64,000 nt of DNA from an uncultured Candidatus Peribacteria bacterium. GTDB taxonomy: Bacteria; Patescibacteriota; Gracilibacteria; Peribacterales; Peribacteraceae. Positions 1 through 9,583 of this stretch are shown piece after piece. The stretch covers positions 1,426-65,425 of the forward strand of contig CAZSMX010000006.1 in NCBI GenBank assembly GCA_964608325.1. Reading direction: 5' to 3'. Positions within the stretch are counted from its first letter, which is position 1, and the number at the start of each line of letters is the position of its first letter. A program made the position numbers and the translations under genes. The notes beneath the pieces were generated by a model, which searched no databases, was not told the origin of the DNA, and saw nothing but the letters and a program-made list of their open reading frames with translations.

Positions 1-346
1 GAACGCGAAGCGTGGTAGGCGGATCCTCTCGAAGAGGTGTCCTCGGTTAGCCAACCGTTGCATCGCAGTAGCAGCTGCCGATCTGCCTTTCCTCGACGTG
101 AGGATGGTCAGACGACGTCAACTGCCCGCGCCCGAGCCAGAGAAGAAAAGAACATGACAGGCTCCTAGGGAGCCAATGAAACAATCATATCTTGGGGTCC
201 TCCATGGTTTCGGCGTCAACATGATGATGGCGGCGGGGCACCGTGCCCCGGAATCGCCGGGTGAAAGATCGCCTTCGTCGATTGCTCGTCGAAGGATGTG
301 CATATTAGCATCTAATTAACATATGTCAAATATATTCTATAATTAA

Positions 347-664
347 TTAAATGAGCCATTGGGTTCTAAAAACAAGCCCCCTGTCGAGGCTTTGGTGCGT
401 GGAATGAGTCACACCGAACCGGTGACAGGGGGCTTTGCGCATCAGCATCGTTGGAGGTCGCCCTCGTGCTAAGGCGAGCAGGACATGCTGATTGCTTGCC
501 ATACGGTATTCCCAGCCGTCATCCGCCGTCAAATTCTCCATACCCCTGACTTCCTTATATAGGCACTCCTGGAAAGGAATTCGAAACGCCGCATTTTTGT
601 GTTCGGTGCATGCAAAATCCATTTGACTTGAAATCTGAACATCCTTACAGTGCCCGCACTCCAT
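347..664 (-). CDS. hypothetical small Cys-containing protein (105 aa), unrecognised
   Basis: Only sizeable ORF in the 730 nt upstream of rplC. N-terminal CGHC motif. Its last ~29 codons run through a strong hairpin, so the true extent is uncertain. Confidence 0.3.
   Translation of the reverse strand: MECGHCKDVQISSQMDFACTEHKNAAFRIPFQECLYKEVRGMENLTADDGWEYRMASNQHVLLALARGRPPTMLMRKAPCHRFGVTHSTHQSLDRGLVFRTQWLI
366..435 (-). terminator. long hairpin with T-run on the minus strand (putative rho-independent terminator)
   Basis: 12-bp perfect stem: aagccccctgtc (374-385) pairs with gacagggggctt (424-435). On the minus strand it is followed by gttttta. The loop contains an inner caccg/cggtg stem. Confidence 0.45.
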
Positions 665-732
665 CGAACTTGTGTTCGAGAGCGCCTTGGATTTGCTCCA
701 ATAAGCGCTCCGGATGAACCTCCAAGCCCCCT

Positions 733-1335
733 ATGATTGGTCTAATCGCCCGCAAAATCGGTATGTCCCGCGCCTTCCTCCCCAACGGTGAGGCGGTTGC
801 CGTGACTTACCTCAAGGTCAGCCCGAACACGGTCGTCCGTCAGAAGACGAAGGAGAAGGACGGCTACGACGCCGTGGTCCTCGGCATGGAGCCGAAGGAA
901 TGGAAGACCCGCAAGGGCAACACGCACACGCGCTACAAGTTCCAGAAGGAATGGCAGGTCGACTCCCTCGACGGTTTCGAAACCGGCAAGGAGCTCACCG
1001 TCTCCATCCTTCCCCAGGACAGCAAGGTGACGATCATGGGTATCTCCAAGGGAAAGGGTTTCCAGGGAGTCATGAAGCGCCACGGGTTCCACGGAGGTCC
1101 GGGATCCCACGGTTCGCACTTCAAGCGCGAGCCGGGTTCCGTGGGTATGCGCGCCGATCCGGGACGCATCTTCAAGGGACACCGAATGGCAGGCCACATG
1201 GGCTTGGACAAGACCACCATCAAGAACCGCACGATCGTTGTGTGCGATGAAAAAGAAAATATCGTTGCCGTCACGGGACCCGTACCGGGACCCACCGGCA
1301 GTGCGGTATTCCTTACCCTCGAATCCTCCAAATAA
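733..1335 (+). CDS. rplC: 50S ribosomal protein L3
   Basis: GKGFQGVMKRHGFHGGPGSHGS...MAGHMG signature. First gene of the conserved r-protein string. Confidence 0.97.
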   Translation: MIGLIARKIGMSRAFLPNGEAVAVTYLKVSPNTVVRQKTKEKDGYDAVVLGMEPKEWKTRKGNTHTRYKFQKEWQVDSLDGFETGKELTVSILPQDSKVTIMGISKGKGFQGVMKRHGFHGGPGSHGSHFKREPGSVGMRADPGRIFKGHRMAGHMGLDKTTIKNRTIVVCDEKENIVAVTGPVPGPTGSAVFLTLESSK

Positions 1336-1337
1336 TC

Positions 1338-2090
1338 ATGACGATCGATGTCTATTCCATGACCGGCCAGAAAGGAAAGAGCATGGAGCTCCCTGAATCC
1401 CTCTTCGGAGCGGATGTGAACTGGGGCCTCATGCACCAGGCCGTGATGTTGCAGCAGGGCAACCGCCGTTCCAGCGGTGCACACGCCAAGACGCGCGGAG
1501 AAGTGCAGGGTTCCACCAAGAAGCTGTTCGCACAGAAGCACACGGGCCAGGCACGCCGCGGCGCGGTACGCAGCCCGCTCCTGCGCGGAGGAGGAAAGAC
1601 GTTCGGACCCCGCAACGTCATGAACTACGAGCGCAGTATGCCGAAGAAGATGCGCCACGCGGCTCTCCGCTCCTGCCTGAGCCTCCAGGCCCAGAAGGGA
1701 AACGTGATCGTCCTCGAGGGATACCCCGACGACGTGAAGACGAAGACGTTCGCGACGCTGCTCGGCAAGCTGCCGATCGAAGCCGGACGCAAGGTCCTCG
1801 TCGTGAGCCCGGGCAAGATGAAGTCCCTCCAGCTCTCCGCACGCAACGTTCCGTCCGTCACGACGGTCTACGCCAGCTACCTCAACCCCGAATCCATCCT
1901 GAACTCCCGCTACGTCGTTTTCCTCGTCGATTCCATCAAGGAAGCCGAGCAGATCTTCGGAAAGAAGGACATGATCTCCCAGAAGGTGAAGCCGCTCGCG
2001 AAGAAGGAGGTGAAGGAGAAGGCTCCCAAGGCACCCAAGAAGGCAGCCGCCGCCAAGAAGCCGGCCGCCAAGAAGAAAGCTTCTAAATAA
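1338..2090 (+). CDS. rplD: 50S ribosomal protein L4 with Lys/Ala-rich C-terminal tail
   Basis: KTRGEVQGSTKKLFAQKHTGQARRG...GGGKTFGPR motif. Position after rplC. Tail: KKEVKEKAPKAPKKAAAAKKPAAKKKASK. Confidence 0.96.
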   Translation: MTIDVYSMTGQKGKSMELPESLFGADVNWGLMHQAVMLQQGNRRSSGAHAKTRGEVQGSTKKLFAQKHTGQARRGAVRSPLLRGGGKTFGPRNVMNYERSMPKKMRHAALRSCLSLQAQKGNVIVLEGYPDDVKTKTFATLLGKLPIEAGRKVLVVSPGKMKSLQLSARNVPSVTTVYASYLNPESILNSRYVVFLVDSIKEAEQIFGKKDMISQKVKPLAKKEVKEKAPKAPKKAAAAKKPAAKKKASK

Positions 2091-2128
2091 TTACCCTCTC
2101 GATACTCTCCCTACCTACGAATTACTCC

Positions 2129-2428
2129 ATGGAACTCTCCCGCGTCATCGTCGGCCCCGTCACCACGGAAAAGTCCGAGCGCCTGAAGGCAGGCCGCACC
2201 TACACCGTGCGCGTCGCCCCCGAGGCAACCCGCATCGAAGTGCAGAAGGCGCTTGAGTCGTTCTATGACGTCGAAGTCTCCAGCGTGCGCATCCTGCACG
2301 TCCGCGAGAAGACCCGCATGCTCAACTCACACCGCAGCCTGACGAAGCGCCACACCCAGAAGCGCGCCCTCGTGACGCTGGCCCCGAAGAGCAAGTTGCT
2401 CGACCTCTCCCAATTCAAAGCTTCCTAA
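2129..2428 (+). CDS. rplW: 50S ribosomal protein L23
   Basis: Size (99 aa), synteny between rplD and rplB, and a YTVRVAPEATRIEVQKALE-type sequence. Confidence 0.95.
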   Translation: MELSRVIVGPVTTEKSERLKAGRTYTVRVAPEATRIEVQKALESFYDVEVSSVRILHVREKTRMLNSHRSLTKRHTQKRALVTLAPKSKLLDLSQFKAS

Positions 2429-2434
2429 CCTCCC

Positions 2435-3283
2435 ATGGCTCTCAAGAAGATGAAACCAACGACTCCGGGACGCCGCCAGATGATGGTCGCGGACTTCTCG
2501 GACCTGAGCAAGAAGCGCCCTGAAAAGTCGCTGTCCCATGGTAAGAAGCGCTTGTCCGGCCGCGACGGCAAGGGACAGGTGTCCATCCGCCACCGCGGAG
2601 GAGGCCACAAGAAGCTGTACCGCGACATCGACTTCAAGCAGCTCGATAAGAAGGGAATCCCGGGAACGGTTCTCGGCCTCGAATACGATCCGAACCGCAC
2701 CGCGCGCATCGCCCTCATCCAGTACGTCGACGGTGAAAAGCGCTACATCCTGGCTCCCCAGACCCTGAAGGCAGGCGACCAGATCGTCTCCGGAGAGCGC
2801 ACGAAGGTGAAGGTGGGCAACCGCATGCAACTCCAGCACATCCCGGTGGGATACAAGGTATTCAACCTCGAGATGCAGGCAGGACGCGGCGGACAGATCG
2901 TCCGCAGCGCGGGAACGTCCGCGACGCTCGTGGGATTCGACGGCGACTTCGCCCTCATCGAGCTTCCGTCCTCCGAAATGCGCCGTATCCGCAAGGAGTG
3001 CAGCGCGACCATTGGCATCGTCAGCAACCCGGAGCATAATCTCATCAACATCGGAAAGGCCGGACGCATGCGCTGGAAGGGCCGCCGCCCGCAGGTTCTC
3101 GGAACGGCCATGAACGCCGTCGACCACCCGCACGGAGGAGGAGAAGGACACTCGTCCATCGGTCTCAAGGCCCCGAAGACCCCGTGGGGAAAGAAGGCCC
3201 TTGGCGTCAAAACCCGCAAGCGCAAACTCAAGAGCAACGACCTTATCGTTCGCCGCCGCGTGAAGAAGAACAAGAAGAAGTAA
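2435..3283 (+). CDS. rplB: 50S ribosomal protein L2
   Basis: GGGHKKLYR and MNAVDHPHGGGEG motifs. Confidence 0.98.
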   Translation: MALKKMKPTTPGRRQMMVADFSDLSKKRPEKSLSHGKKRLSGRDGKGQVSIRHRGGGHKKLYRDIDFKQLDKKGIPGTVLGLEYDPNRTARIALIQYVDGEKRYILAPQTLKAGDQIVSGERTKVKVGNRMQLQHIPVGYKVFNLEMQAGRGGQIVRSAGTSATLVGFDGDFALIELPSSEMRRIRKECSATIGIVSNPEHNLINIGKAGRMRWKGRRPQVLGTAMNAVDHPHGGGEGHSSIGLKAPKTPWGKKALGVKTRKRKLKSNDLIVRRRVKKNKKK

Positions 3284-3322
3284 TCTCCTCTTTCCTAACC
3301 CCAACCCTACTCCTACCCACCC

Positions 3323-3646
3323 ATGTCCCGCTCCCTCAAGAAAGGCCCCCACATCGACGAGAAGTTGATGAAGAAGGTCTCGGCCATGATCGCCAAAGGC
3401 GAGAAGAAGATCATCAAGACGTGGGCTCGCGACTGCGACATCCCGCCGGAGTTCGTGGGATTCACCTTCGCGGTTCACAACGGCAAGGAATTCCCGGCCG
3501 TCTACGTTACGGAACAGATGGTAGGACACAAGCTCGGGGAGTTCTCCTGGACCACGAAGTTCAAGGCTCACGGAGGCAAGGCCGCCGCTGCAGATGCAGC
3601 GCCCGGTGCCAAGCCCGCAGCAGCCCCCTCAGCTCCCGCAAAATAA
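3323..3646 (+). CDS. rpsS: 30S ribosomal protein S19 with Ala/Pro-rich tail
   Basis: [12 protein letters not shown]...[21 protein letters not shown]. Confidence 0.97.
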   Translation: MSRSLKKGPHIDEKLMKKVSAMIAKGEKKIIKTWARDCDIPPEFVGFTFAVHNGKEFPAVYVTEQMVGHKLGEFSWTTKFKAHGGKAAAADAAPGAKPAAAPSAPAK

Positions 3647-3668
3647 TCCCTGAATTACTCACCCTCTC

Positions 3669-4106
3669 ATGAAAGCATTCCTCAAGTCAGCACCGATCGC
3701 CCCTAAGAAGGCAAACATCATCGCCAAGATGGTGCGAGGCATGCCCGTCGTCGACGCGCAGATCGCGCTGCGCCGCACGAACAAGAAGGCCGCGCGCATG
3801 GTGGAGAAGCTCATCGCTTCCGCCGTCGCCAACGCGACGCACAACGACAAGCAGGACAAGCAGCTCCTCGTCGTGAAGACCCTCTACGTCAACCAGTCCA
3901 TCGGTATGCGCCGCGGAATGCCCAAGGCCCGCGGTCAGACGCGTCCGTACCGCAAGTTCATGACGCACATCACGCTGGAACTCGGCATTGCCGACCTCGA
4001 GGGCAAGGAACAGAAGAAGGCCGAAAAGAAAGCGGCCAAGGCCCCGAAGGCTCCCAAGGCATCCTCCAAGAAGACCACTCCTGATACTTCCTCTTCCGCT
4101 TCCTAA
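3669..4106 (+). CDS. rplV: 50S ribosomal protein L22 with Lys/Ala-rich tail
   Basis: APKKANIIAKMVRGMPVVDAQIALR motif and synteny. Confidence 0.96.
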   Translation: MKAFLKSAPIAPKKANIIAKMVRGMPVVDAQIALRRTNKKAARMVEKLIASAVANATHNDKQDKQLLVVKTLYVNQSIGMRRGMPKARGQTRPYRKFMTHITLELGIADLEGKEQKKAEKKAAKAPKAPKASSKKTTPDTSSSAS

Positions 4107-4108
4107 GT

Positions 4109-4798
4109 ATGGGTCAGAAAGTTAACCCCAACGGCTTCCGCATCGGTATCACCCATACCTGGGCGAGCACGTGGTTCGCACGCGGCAAGAAGTACCGCGA
4201 TCTGTTCCTCCAGGACCAGCTCATCAAGCGCCATATCAACTCGAAGCTGAAGGACGCCGGTATCAGCGAGATCCACATCGACCGCAACAAGAAGATCTCG
4301 GTATCCATCGAAAGCAGCAAGCCGGGCGTGATCATCGGCAAGCAGGGCGCCGCCATCGAGGAGCTCCGCAAGGATCTCGAGCACAAGTTCGGCGGATCGT
4401 TCGAAGTCGATATCAAGGAACTGCGCAACCCGGATGCGGATCCCACGGTGATCGCCGAGAGCATCCAGGGCCAGATCGAGCGCCGCATGCCGTACCGCCG
4501 CGCCGCCAAGATGGCGATGGAAAAGGCGATGCAGGCAGGCGCGCAGGGTGTGAAGGTCCTCGTCGCGGGACGCTTGAACGGCGCCGAAATCGCACGCAGC
4601 GAACTCTTCAAAGAAGGCAACATTCCCCTGCAGACGCTCCGCGCCGACATCCGCTTCGCACGCCGCCATGCGGTGACGAAGTTCGGAACGATCGGCATCC
4701 AGGTGCACGTCTACAAAGGAATGGTGTTCAAGAACGTGCAGCAGGCACAATCCTCCTCGTTGAACGCGCAGCCCTCCGCTAACCTCTCCACTAAATAA
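4109..4798 (+). CDS. rpsC: 30S ribosomal protein S3
   Basis: MGQKVNPNGFRIGI N-terminus, KH-domain sequence and synteny. Confidence 0.98.
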   Translation: MGQKVNPNGFRIGITHTWASTWFARGKKYRDLFLQDQLIKRHINSKLKDAGISEIHIDRNKKISVSIESSKPGVIIGKQGAAIEELRKDLEHKFGGSFEVDIKELRNPDADPTVIAESIQGQIERRMPYRRAAKMAMEKAMQAGAQGVKVLVAGRLNGAEIARSELFKEGNIPLQTLRADIRFARRHAVTKFGTIGIQVHVYKGMVFKNVQQAQSSSLNAQPSANLSTK

Positions 4799-4816
4799 AG
4801 CCTTCTCTATCCTCCC

Positions 4817-5239
4817 ATGTTAGAACCCAAGAAACTAAAGCGCCGTAAACAGCACCGCAACCGCGGGGCTTGGTCGGGCAAGGCGACGCGCGGAGCGAAC
4901 CTGGCCTTCGGGTTCATCGGCCTGAAGTGCACGCACGGAGGGGAAGTCACCGCCCGCCAGATCGAAGCCGCCCGCAAGGCCATGGCCCACAGCGTCGAGC
5001 GCAAAGGAAAGTTCTGGATCCGTCCGTTCCCGCACACGCCGGTCACCCGCAAGGCTGCCGAAGTGCCGATGGGAGCCGGAAAGGGTTCGCTCGAGTACTT
5101 CTCGGTCGTGCTGAAGCGCGGCGCCCTCATCTTCGAAATGGACGGTCTCCCCGAAGCCGAGGCACGCGAGGCTCTCCGTCTCGCCGGCCACAAGCTTCCG
5201 GTCCCGACGAAAATCGTCATTGATCCTACCAAGCGTTAA
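4817..5239 (+). CDS. rplP: 50S ribosomal protein L16
   Basis: MLEPKKLKRRKQHRNRG N-terminus and synteny. Confidence 0.97.
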   Translation: MLEPKKLKRRKQHRNRGAWSGKATRGANLAFGFIGLKCTHGGEVTARQIEAARKAMAHSVERKGKFWIRPFPHTPVTRKAAEVPMGAGKGSLEYFSVVLKRGALIFEMDGLPEAEAREALRLAGHKLPVPTKIVIDPTKR

Positions 5240-5250
5240 TCCACCCCATC

Positions 5251-5544
5251 ATGGCATCCACCCTCTCCCTCACCGACCTCCGCAAGATGCAAGTCTCCGA
5301 CTTGGAGAAAGATCTCCAGGAAAAGAAGCTCGCCGTCGCGAAGATCCGCCTCGACATCGGTATGATGTCGCAGAAGGACACGGCCGCGTACAAGAAGGAG
5401 AAGAAGGACATCGCCCGCATGCTTACCGTCATCAACGAGAAGAAAGGCGAGGGAATGACGTTGAAGACCGGAGAAAAAACCGCTACTGTACGCGCCCCTC
5501 GCGCCTCCAAGAAGGCTAAGGGCTCTTCCACCTCCTCCAAATGA
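5251..5544 (+). CDS. rpmC: 50S ribosomal protein L29 (extended)
   Basis: LRKMQVSDLEKDLQEKKLAVAKIRL helix and synteny. 97 aa. Confidence 0.93.
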   Translation: MASTLSLTDLRKMQVSDLEKDLQEKKLAVAKIRLDIGMMSQKDTAAYKKEKKDIARMLTVINEKKGEGMTLKTGEKTATVRAPRASKKAKGSSTSSK

Positions 5545-5870
5545 CCGAGAAACAGGGAATCGTCACAAAGGCAGGCACCATGAAGCGCACGGTTACCGTG
5601 ACGGTCCACCAGTCTGTCCGTCACCCGCTCTACAAGAAGAGCTACCGCATGAGCAAGAAGTTCCTCGTCGATACGGGGGACGTGACGGACATCGCCGTCG
5701 GCGACGAAGTCATCATCCAGGAATGCCGCCCCCTCAGTAAAAACAAGCACTTCATGCTGAAGGAAGTCACGAAGCGCGTTCCCCGCGTGAGCGAGATGAA
5801 GGACGAAGCATCCGTGACCTCGGCTCTTAAGCTCGATAAAGAGGAAGAAGTTTCCACCCCCGCCAAATGA
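5541..5870 (+). CDS. rpsQ: 30S ribosomal protein S17
   Basis: [28 protein letters not shown]...[22 protein letters not shown] overlaps with both neighbours. Confidence 0.96.
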   Translation: MTEKQGIVTKAGTMKRTVTVTVHQSVRHPLYKKSYRMSKKFLVDTGDVTDIAVGDEVIIQECRPLSKNKHFMLKEVTKRVPRVSEMKDEASVTSALKLDKEEEVSTPAK

Positions 5871-6235
5871 TCCAGCAGACCACTTACCTCACCGTATGCG
5901 ATAACACAGGCGCCAAGCAGGCGAGCTGCATCCTGGTGCTGGGTGGTACGCGCCGCCGCTACGCCAGAGTCGGCGATGTGATCATCGTCTCCATCAAGGA
6001 GGCGTCCCCCCGCGGAGCCGTGAAGAAGAAGAGCGTGGAGCGCGCCGTGGTCGTTCGAACCAAGTTCCCCACCCGCCGCAAAGACGGCTCCGTCATCACC
6101 TTCGATGACAACGCCTGCGTGATCATCCAGACGGATGGCATGCCGAAGGGTACCCGCGTCTTCGGACCGGTCGCCCGCGAACTGCGCGCAAAGGGATACC
6201 AGAAAATTATCTCCCAGGCCCCCGAAGTCCTATGA
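5867..6235 (+). CDS. rplN: 50S ribosomal protein L14
   Basis: [18 protein letters not shown]-terminus. Confidence 0.98.
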   Translation: MIQQTTYLTVCDNTGAKQASCILVLGGTRRRYARVGDVIIVSIKEASPRGAVKKKSVERAVVVRTKFPTRRKDGSVITFDDNACVIIQTDGMPKGTRVFGPVARELRAKGYQKIISQAPEVL

Positions 6236-6753
6236 AGATCCACACCGGCGACACCGTCGTCATCATCACCGGCAAGGACAAAGGCAAGAGCGGTCGTGTC
6301 ATGAAGATCCTCAAGGAAAAAAACCGCGTCGTCGTGGAGGGCATCAACATGCGCATCCGCCACATCAAGAAGACGGCCCAGGGCCCCGGACAGCGCCTCA
6401 GCTACGAAGCCAGCCTCCATGCTTCCAACGTCATGATCGTCGATCCGAAGACGAAGAAGCCCGCCCGCATCGGATTCAAGATGGATGAGAAGAAGGGCAA
6501 GGTCCGCATTGCGAAGGGCTCCGGCGAAATGATCGTGAAGGCCGCCAAGGCAACCCCCGCGAAGGGCGCCAAGAAGACGGAGGGCGAGAAGAAGGAGAAG
6601 GCCGCACCCAAGTCCGACGCCAAGCCGACGAAGCAGCCGTTCTGGAAGCGCGGAGGCGAAGGCAATCCCGAGGCAAGCGACCAGAAAGTCACTGAAACGA
6701 AAACCGGCGGCGCCGCATCCATGCCGAGTGCTCATCGTTCCCAAGGCGGCTAA
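6232..6753 (+). CDS. rplX: 50S ribosomal protein L24 with ~70-aa Lys/Ala-rich C-terminal extension
   Basis: [29 protein letters not shown] motif. 173 aa. Confidence 0.95.
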   Translation: MKIHTGDTVVIITGKDKGKSGRVMKILKEKNRVVVEGINMRIRHIKKTAQGPGQRLSYEASLHASNVMIVDPKTKKPARIGFKMDEKKGKVRIAKGSGEMIVKAAKATPAKGAKKTEGEKKEKAAPKSDAKPTKQPFWKRGGEGNPEASDQKVTETKTGGAASMPSAHRSQGG

Positions 6754-6758
6754 TCCCT

Positions 6759-7331
6759 ATGGCATACGCAACCCTCCATGACCGGCTCAAAGGACCGATC
6801 GCCGAAGCCCTGAAGAAGGAGCTCTCGATCTCCAACGTCAACGCCCTTCCGAAGATGAAGAAGGTGATCGTGAACGTGGGTATCAACCGCTCGAAGATGG
6901 AAGGAAAGGAAGTGATCGAGTTCATTACGGACGCCCTCCAGCGCATTACGGGACAGAAGCCCGTCCTCCGCGAGAGCAAGAAGGCCATCTCCAACTTCAA
7001 GATCCGCAAGGGTCTCGTGGTGGGAGCCATGGTCACCCTCCGCGGCAAGAAGATGGAGCAGTTCGTCGACCGCCTGGTGAGCTACGTGCTCCCGCGCATC
7101 CGCGACTTCCGCGGCCTCCCCACGAAGCTCGACGGACAGGGCAACTACGCCATCGGTCTCACGGACCACAGCGTATTCCCGGAAATCCCGAACATGGATA
7201 TCCAAAAGACGTTCGGTCTCCAGATCCAGATCACCACGAGTGCCAAGAACGACGAAGAGGCCAAGGCCCTTCTGAAGCAGATCGGCATCCCGTTCCGTCC
7301 CGATCGCAAGACCCTCGCGGAACTGTCGTAA
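6759..7331 (+). CDS. rplE: 50S ribosomal protein L5
   Basis: Synteny plus NALPKMKKVIVNVGI and later conserved blocks. Confidence 0.97.
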   Translation: MAYATLHDRLKGPIAEALKKELSISNVNALPKMKKVIVNVGINRSKMEGKEVIEFITDALQRITGQKPVLRESKKAISNFKIRKGLVVGAMVTLRGKKMEQFVDRLVSYVLPRIRDFRGLPTKLDGQGNYAIGLTDHSVFPEIPNMDIQKTFGLQIQITTSAKNDEEAKALLKQIGIPFRPDRKTLAELS

Positions 7332-7384
7332 TTCTTCCTTGATTCTTTTCCCTTCCTTCTAGACAATCCCCCCACTTTGATTCC

Positions 7385-7609
7385 ATGGCTCGCACTTCGA
7401 TCGTCCTTCGGCAACAGCGCGGACTTGAGGCATTCCTCAAGGCCAAGGCTGCGGGAAAGAAGCCCAAGTTCCCGACGCGCGTGTACAACCGCTGCAGTCT
7501 CTGCGGCCGCCGCCATGGCTTCATCCGATTCTTCGGAGTCTGCCGCATTTGCTTCCGCGAGCTCGCCACGAACGGCGATATCCCGGGCGTCACCAAATCC
7601 TCCTGGTAA
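7385..7609 (+). CDS. rpsN: 30S ribosomal protein S14, zinc-binding (type Z)
   Basis: [23 protein letters not shown] (two CxxC pairs) and C-terminal SSW. Confidence 0.95.
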   Translation: MARTSIVLRQQRGLEAFLKAKAAGKKPKFPTRVYNRCSLCGRRHGFIRFFGVCRICFRELATNGDIPGVTKSSW

Positions 7610-7612
7610 CCC

Positions 7613-7999
7613 ATGTCTTACGTGAACGACCCCATCGGCGACCTTCTCACCCGCATGCGCAACGCGCAGAACGCCCGCAAGGCCACCTGCTCCGCACCGC
7701 ATTCGAAGATGAAGCTCCAGCTCTGCGAACTTCTGAAGAAGGAAGGATGGATCGCCGACGTCAAAGTGACGGGCGATGCCCCAAAGCAGGACATCGAAAT
7801 CACGTTTGATCCTGAAAAGCAGCTCCTCCTCTCCCGCGTATCCAAGCCCGGACGCCGCGTCTACGCGAAGTCCGAGGAATTGAAGCCCATCCTCCGCGGC
7901 TACGGCATCGCCGTCCTCACGACGAGCGAGGGAATCATGACCGACGCCGACGCCCGCAGGAAGAAGATCGGCGGAGAAGTTCTCTGCACAATCGCTTAA
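7613..7999 (+). CDS. rpsH: 30S ribosomal protein S8
   Basis: NDPIGDLLTRMRNAQNA N-terminus. Confidence 0.97.
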   Translation: MSYVNDPIGDLLTRMRNAQNARKATCSAPHSKMKLQLCELLKKEGWIADVKVTGDAPKQDIEITFDPEKQLLLSRVSKPGRRVYAKSEELKPILRGYGIAVLTTSEGIMTDADARRKKIGGEVLCTIA

Positions 8000-8024
8000 C
8001 CCCAACCCTAATTCTAACCCTATA

Positions 8025-8582
8025 ATGTCTCGCATTGGACGCAAATCAGTGGCACTCCCGAGCGGCGTCACCCTTGAGGTGAAGGGCTCCACGGTCTCCG
8101 TCAAAGGAGGCAAGGGAGAACTGACCTACGTTCTCCTTCCGGAAGTTTCCGTGAAGGTCGAGGACAACGAAGTGACCGTCGAGCGCAAGGATGATTCCAA
8201 GGCTTCCCGCGCACGCCACGGCCTCACCCGCGCCATCATCGCCAATATGGTGAAGGGCGTGTCCGACGGCTACCAGAAGACGCTCGAGATCATCGGAGTG
8301 GGTTACAAGGCGAACGTGAAGAGCAAGACCCTCCTCGTCCTCAACCTCGGTCACAGCCATCCGATCGACTTCGTCATCCCGGCCAACATCGAGATCGCCC
8401 AGGACGAGAAGAACAAGAACATCCTGTACATCAAGGGCGCCGACAAGCAGCTCGTGGGACAGGTTGCCGCACAGATCCGCGAACTCCGCCCGCCCGAGCC
8501 GTACAAGGGCAAGGGTATCCGTTACATCGACGAGCAGGTCCGCCGCAAGGTCGGTAAGGCCGCCGCCGCCAAGTCCGCATAA
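8025..8582 (+). CDS. rplF: 50S ribosomal protein L6
   Basis: [16 protein letters not shown]-terminus and [11 protein letters not shown] motif. Confidence 0.97.
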   Translation: MSRIGRKSVALPSGVTLEVKGSTVSVKGGKGELTYVLLPEVSVKVEDNEVTVERKDDSKASRARHGLTRAIIANMVKGVSDGYQKTLEIIGVGYKANVKSKTLLVLNLGHSHPIDFVIPANIEIAQDEKNKNILYIKGADKQLVGQVAAQIRELRPPEPYKGKGIRYIDEQVRRKVGKAAAAKSA

Positions 8583-8587
8583 TCCCC

Positions 8588-8932
8588 ATGACGCTTTCCC
8601 GCTCCCTCTCCCGGCTCTCCCGCAAGAAGCGCATCCGCGCCCGCATCCAGGGTACGGCCGCGCGTCCGCGCCTCACGGTGCACCGCTCCCTGACGCAGAT
8701 CCGCGCCCAGGTGGTGGACGACTCCACGGGCAAGACGCTCGCAGCCGCTTCCACCAAGGAGGCGAAGGCGAAGATGACCGTCGAGGGCGCCAAGAAGGTC
8801 GGCGAACTCCTGGCCAAGAAGGCCAAGGACGCCGGCGTTACCTCCGTCGTCTTCGACCGCAACGCCTACAAGTACCACGGCCGCGTGAAGGCCCTGGCCG
8901 ACGGCGCCCGCGAAGGAGGCCTCCAATTCTGA
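8588..8932 (+). CDS. rplR: 50S ribosomal protein L18
   Basis: [20 protein letters not shown] and C-terminal [19 protein letters not shown]. Confidence 0.96.
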   Translation: MTLSRSLSRLSRKKRIRARIQGTAARPRLTVHRSLTQIRAQVVDDSTGKTLAAASTKEAKAKMTVEGAKKVGELLAKKAKDAGVTSVVFDRNAYKYHGRVKALADGAREGGLQF

Positions 8933-8963
8933 TCCCAACCCTAACCCTAATCCTATCCCTACG

Positions 8964-9578
8964 ATGTCCGCCAAGACCACCAACACCGACCGTCAGAACA
9001 AGCGAGACCGCGGTCAGCGCGCTCCCTCCGAGTTCACGGAAACGACGCTCTCGTTGGACCGCGTCACCCGCGTGGTGAAGGGAGGTCGCCGCATGCGTTT
9101 CCGCGCCGTCGTGGTCGTCGGTGACCGCAAGGGCCGCGTGGGAATGGGAACGGGCAAGGCGAACGAAGTGCAGGTTGCCGTCCAGAAGGCCACGAAGGAC
9201 GCCAAGCGCTACATGATTCGCATCCCGCTCGTGAAGGGAACGATCCCGCACCAGGTCGACGTGAAGTTCAAGTCCGCCAAGCTCCGCATCATGCCCGCTT
9301 CCGAAGGAACGGGAATCATCGCCGGAGGCGCCCTGCGCGTCGTGTTGGACCATGCCGGCGTGAAGAACGTGCTGGCCAAGCGCTTCGGCACGGGAAACAA
9401 GCTCGTTAACGCACAGGCTACGTTCCGCGCCCTTAAGCTCCTGAAGCCTGCTCGCCAGAAGGATCTCGAAGTCGTCGAAGTGAACAAGGATGCTGTCCAA
9501 GTGAAAGAAGTCGGTTCCGACGAGATCAAGCACGGCGGAATCGTTGAGAAGAAGAAAGAGAAGAAGGACGCGAAGTAA
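8964..9578 (+). CDS. rpsE: 30S ribosomal protein S5 with C-terminal extension
   Basis: [34 protein letters not shown] motif. Confidence 0.97.
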   Translation: MSAKTTNTDRQNKRDRGQRAPSEFTETTLSLDRVTRVVKGGRRMRFRAVVVVGDRKGRVGMGTGKANEVQVAVQKATKDAKRYMIRIPLVKGTIPHQVDVKFKSAKLRIMPASEGTGIIAGGALRVVLDHAGVKNVLAKRFGTGNKLVNAQATFRALKLLKPARQKDLEVVEVNKDAVQVKEVGSDEIKHGGIVEKKKEKKDAK

Positions 9579-9583
9579 GCCTC

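Noticed and set aside
118-303. 61-codon minus-strand ORF, and a possible partial minus-strand CDS starting at 63 and leaving the window.
   Set aside because: Both are too short and low-complexity, with no motif and no supporting signals. The region 1-330 is left unassigned.
2327-3571. Very long ORFs antisense to conserved genes: 2327-3571(-), 34334-36400(-), 41079-42476(+), 54742-56397(-), 59954-62407(-), 62805-63902(-), 20098-20679(-), and many shorter ones.
   Set aside because: The opposite strand encodes unmistakable conserved proteins (L2/S19, FtsH, Pyk, PolX, TypA, P-type ATPase, RpoA). The translations are Arg/Gly/Asp/His/Leu-rich low-complexity sequence, typical of stop-poor antisense frames in high-GC DNA.
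5541-6235. Possible alternative genetic code (UGA recoded, as in some candidate phyla).
   Set aside because: Conserved genes end at TGA at the expected lengths (for example rpsQ, rplN, infA, rpmJ, secY). No conserved gene shows in-frame TGA interruptions.
8930-8963. CCCTAA/TTAGGG telomere-like repeats (also at 7997-8024, 18959-19007, 19464-19505) as telomeric or replicon-end sequence.
   Set aside because: Only 2-3 imperfect units occur each time. They are always internal, always in intercistronic spacers directly upstream of start codons, and share the general G-depleted leader composition. They are treated as a translation or leader feature instead.
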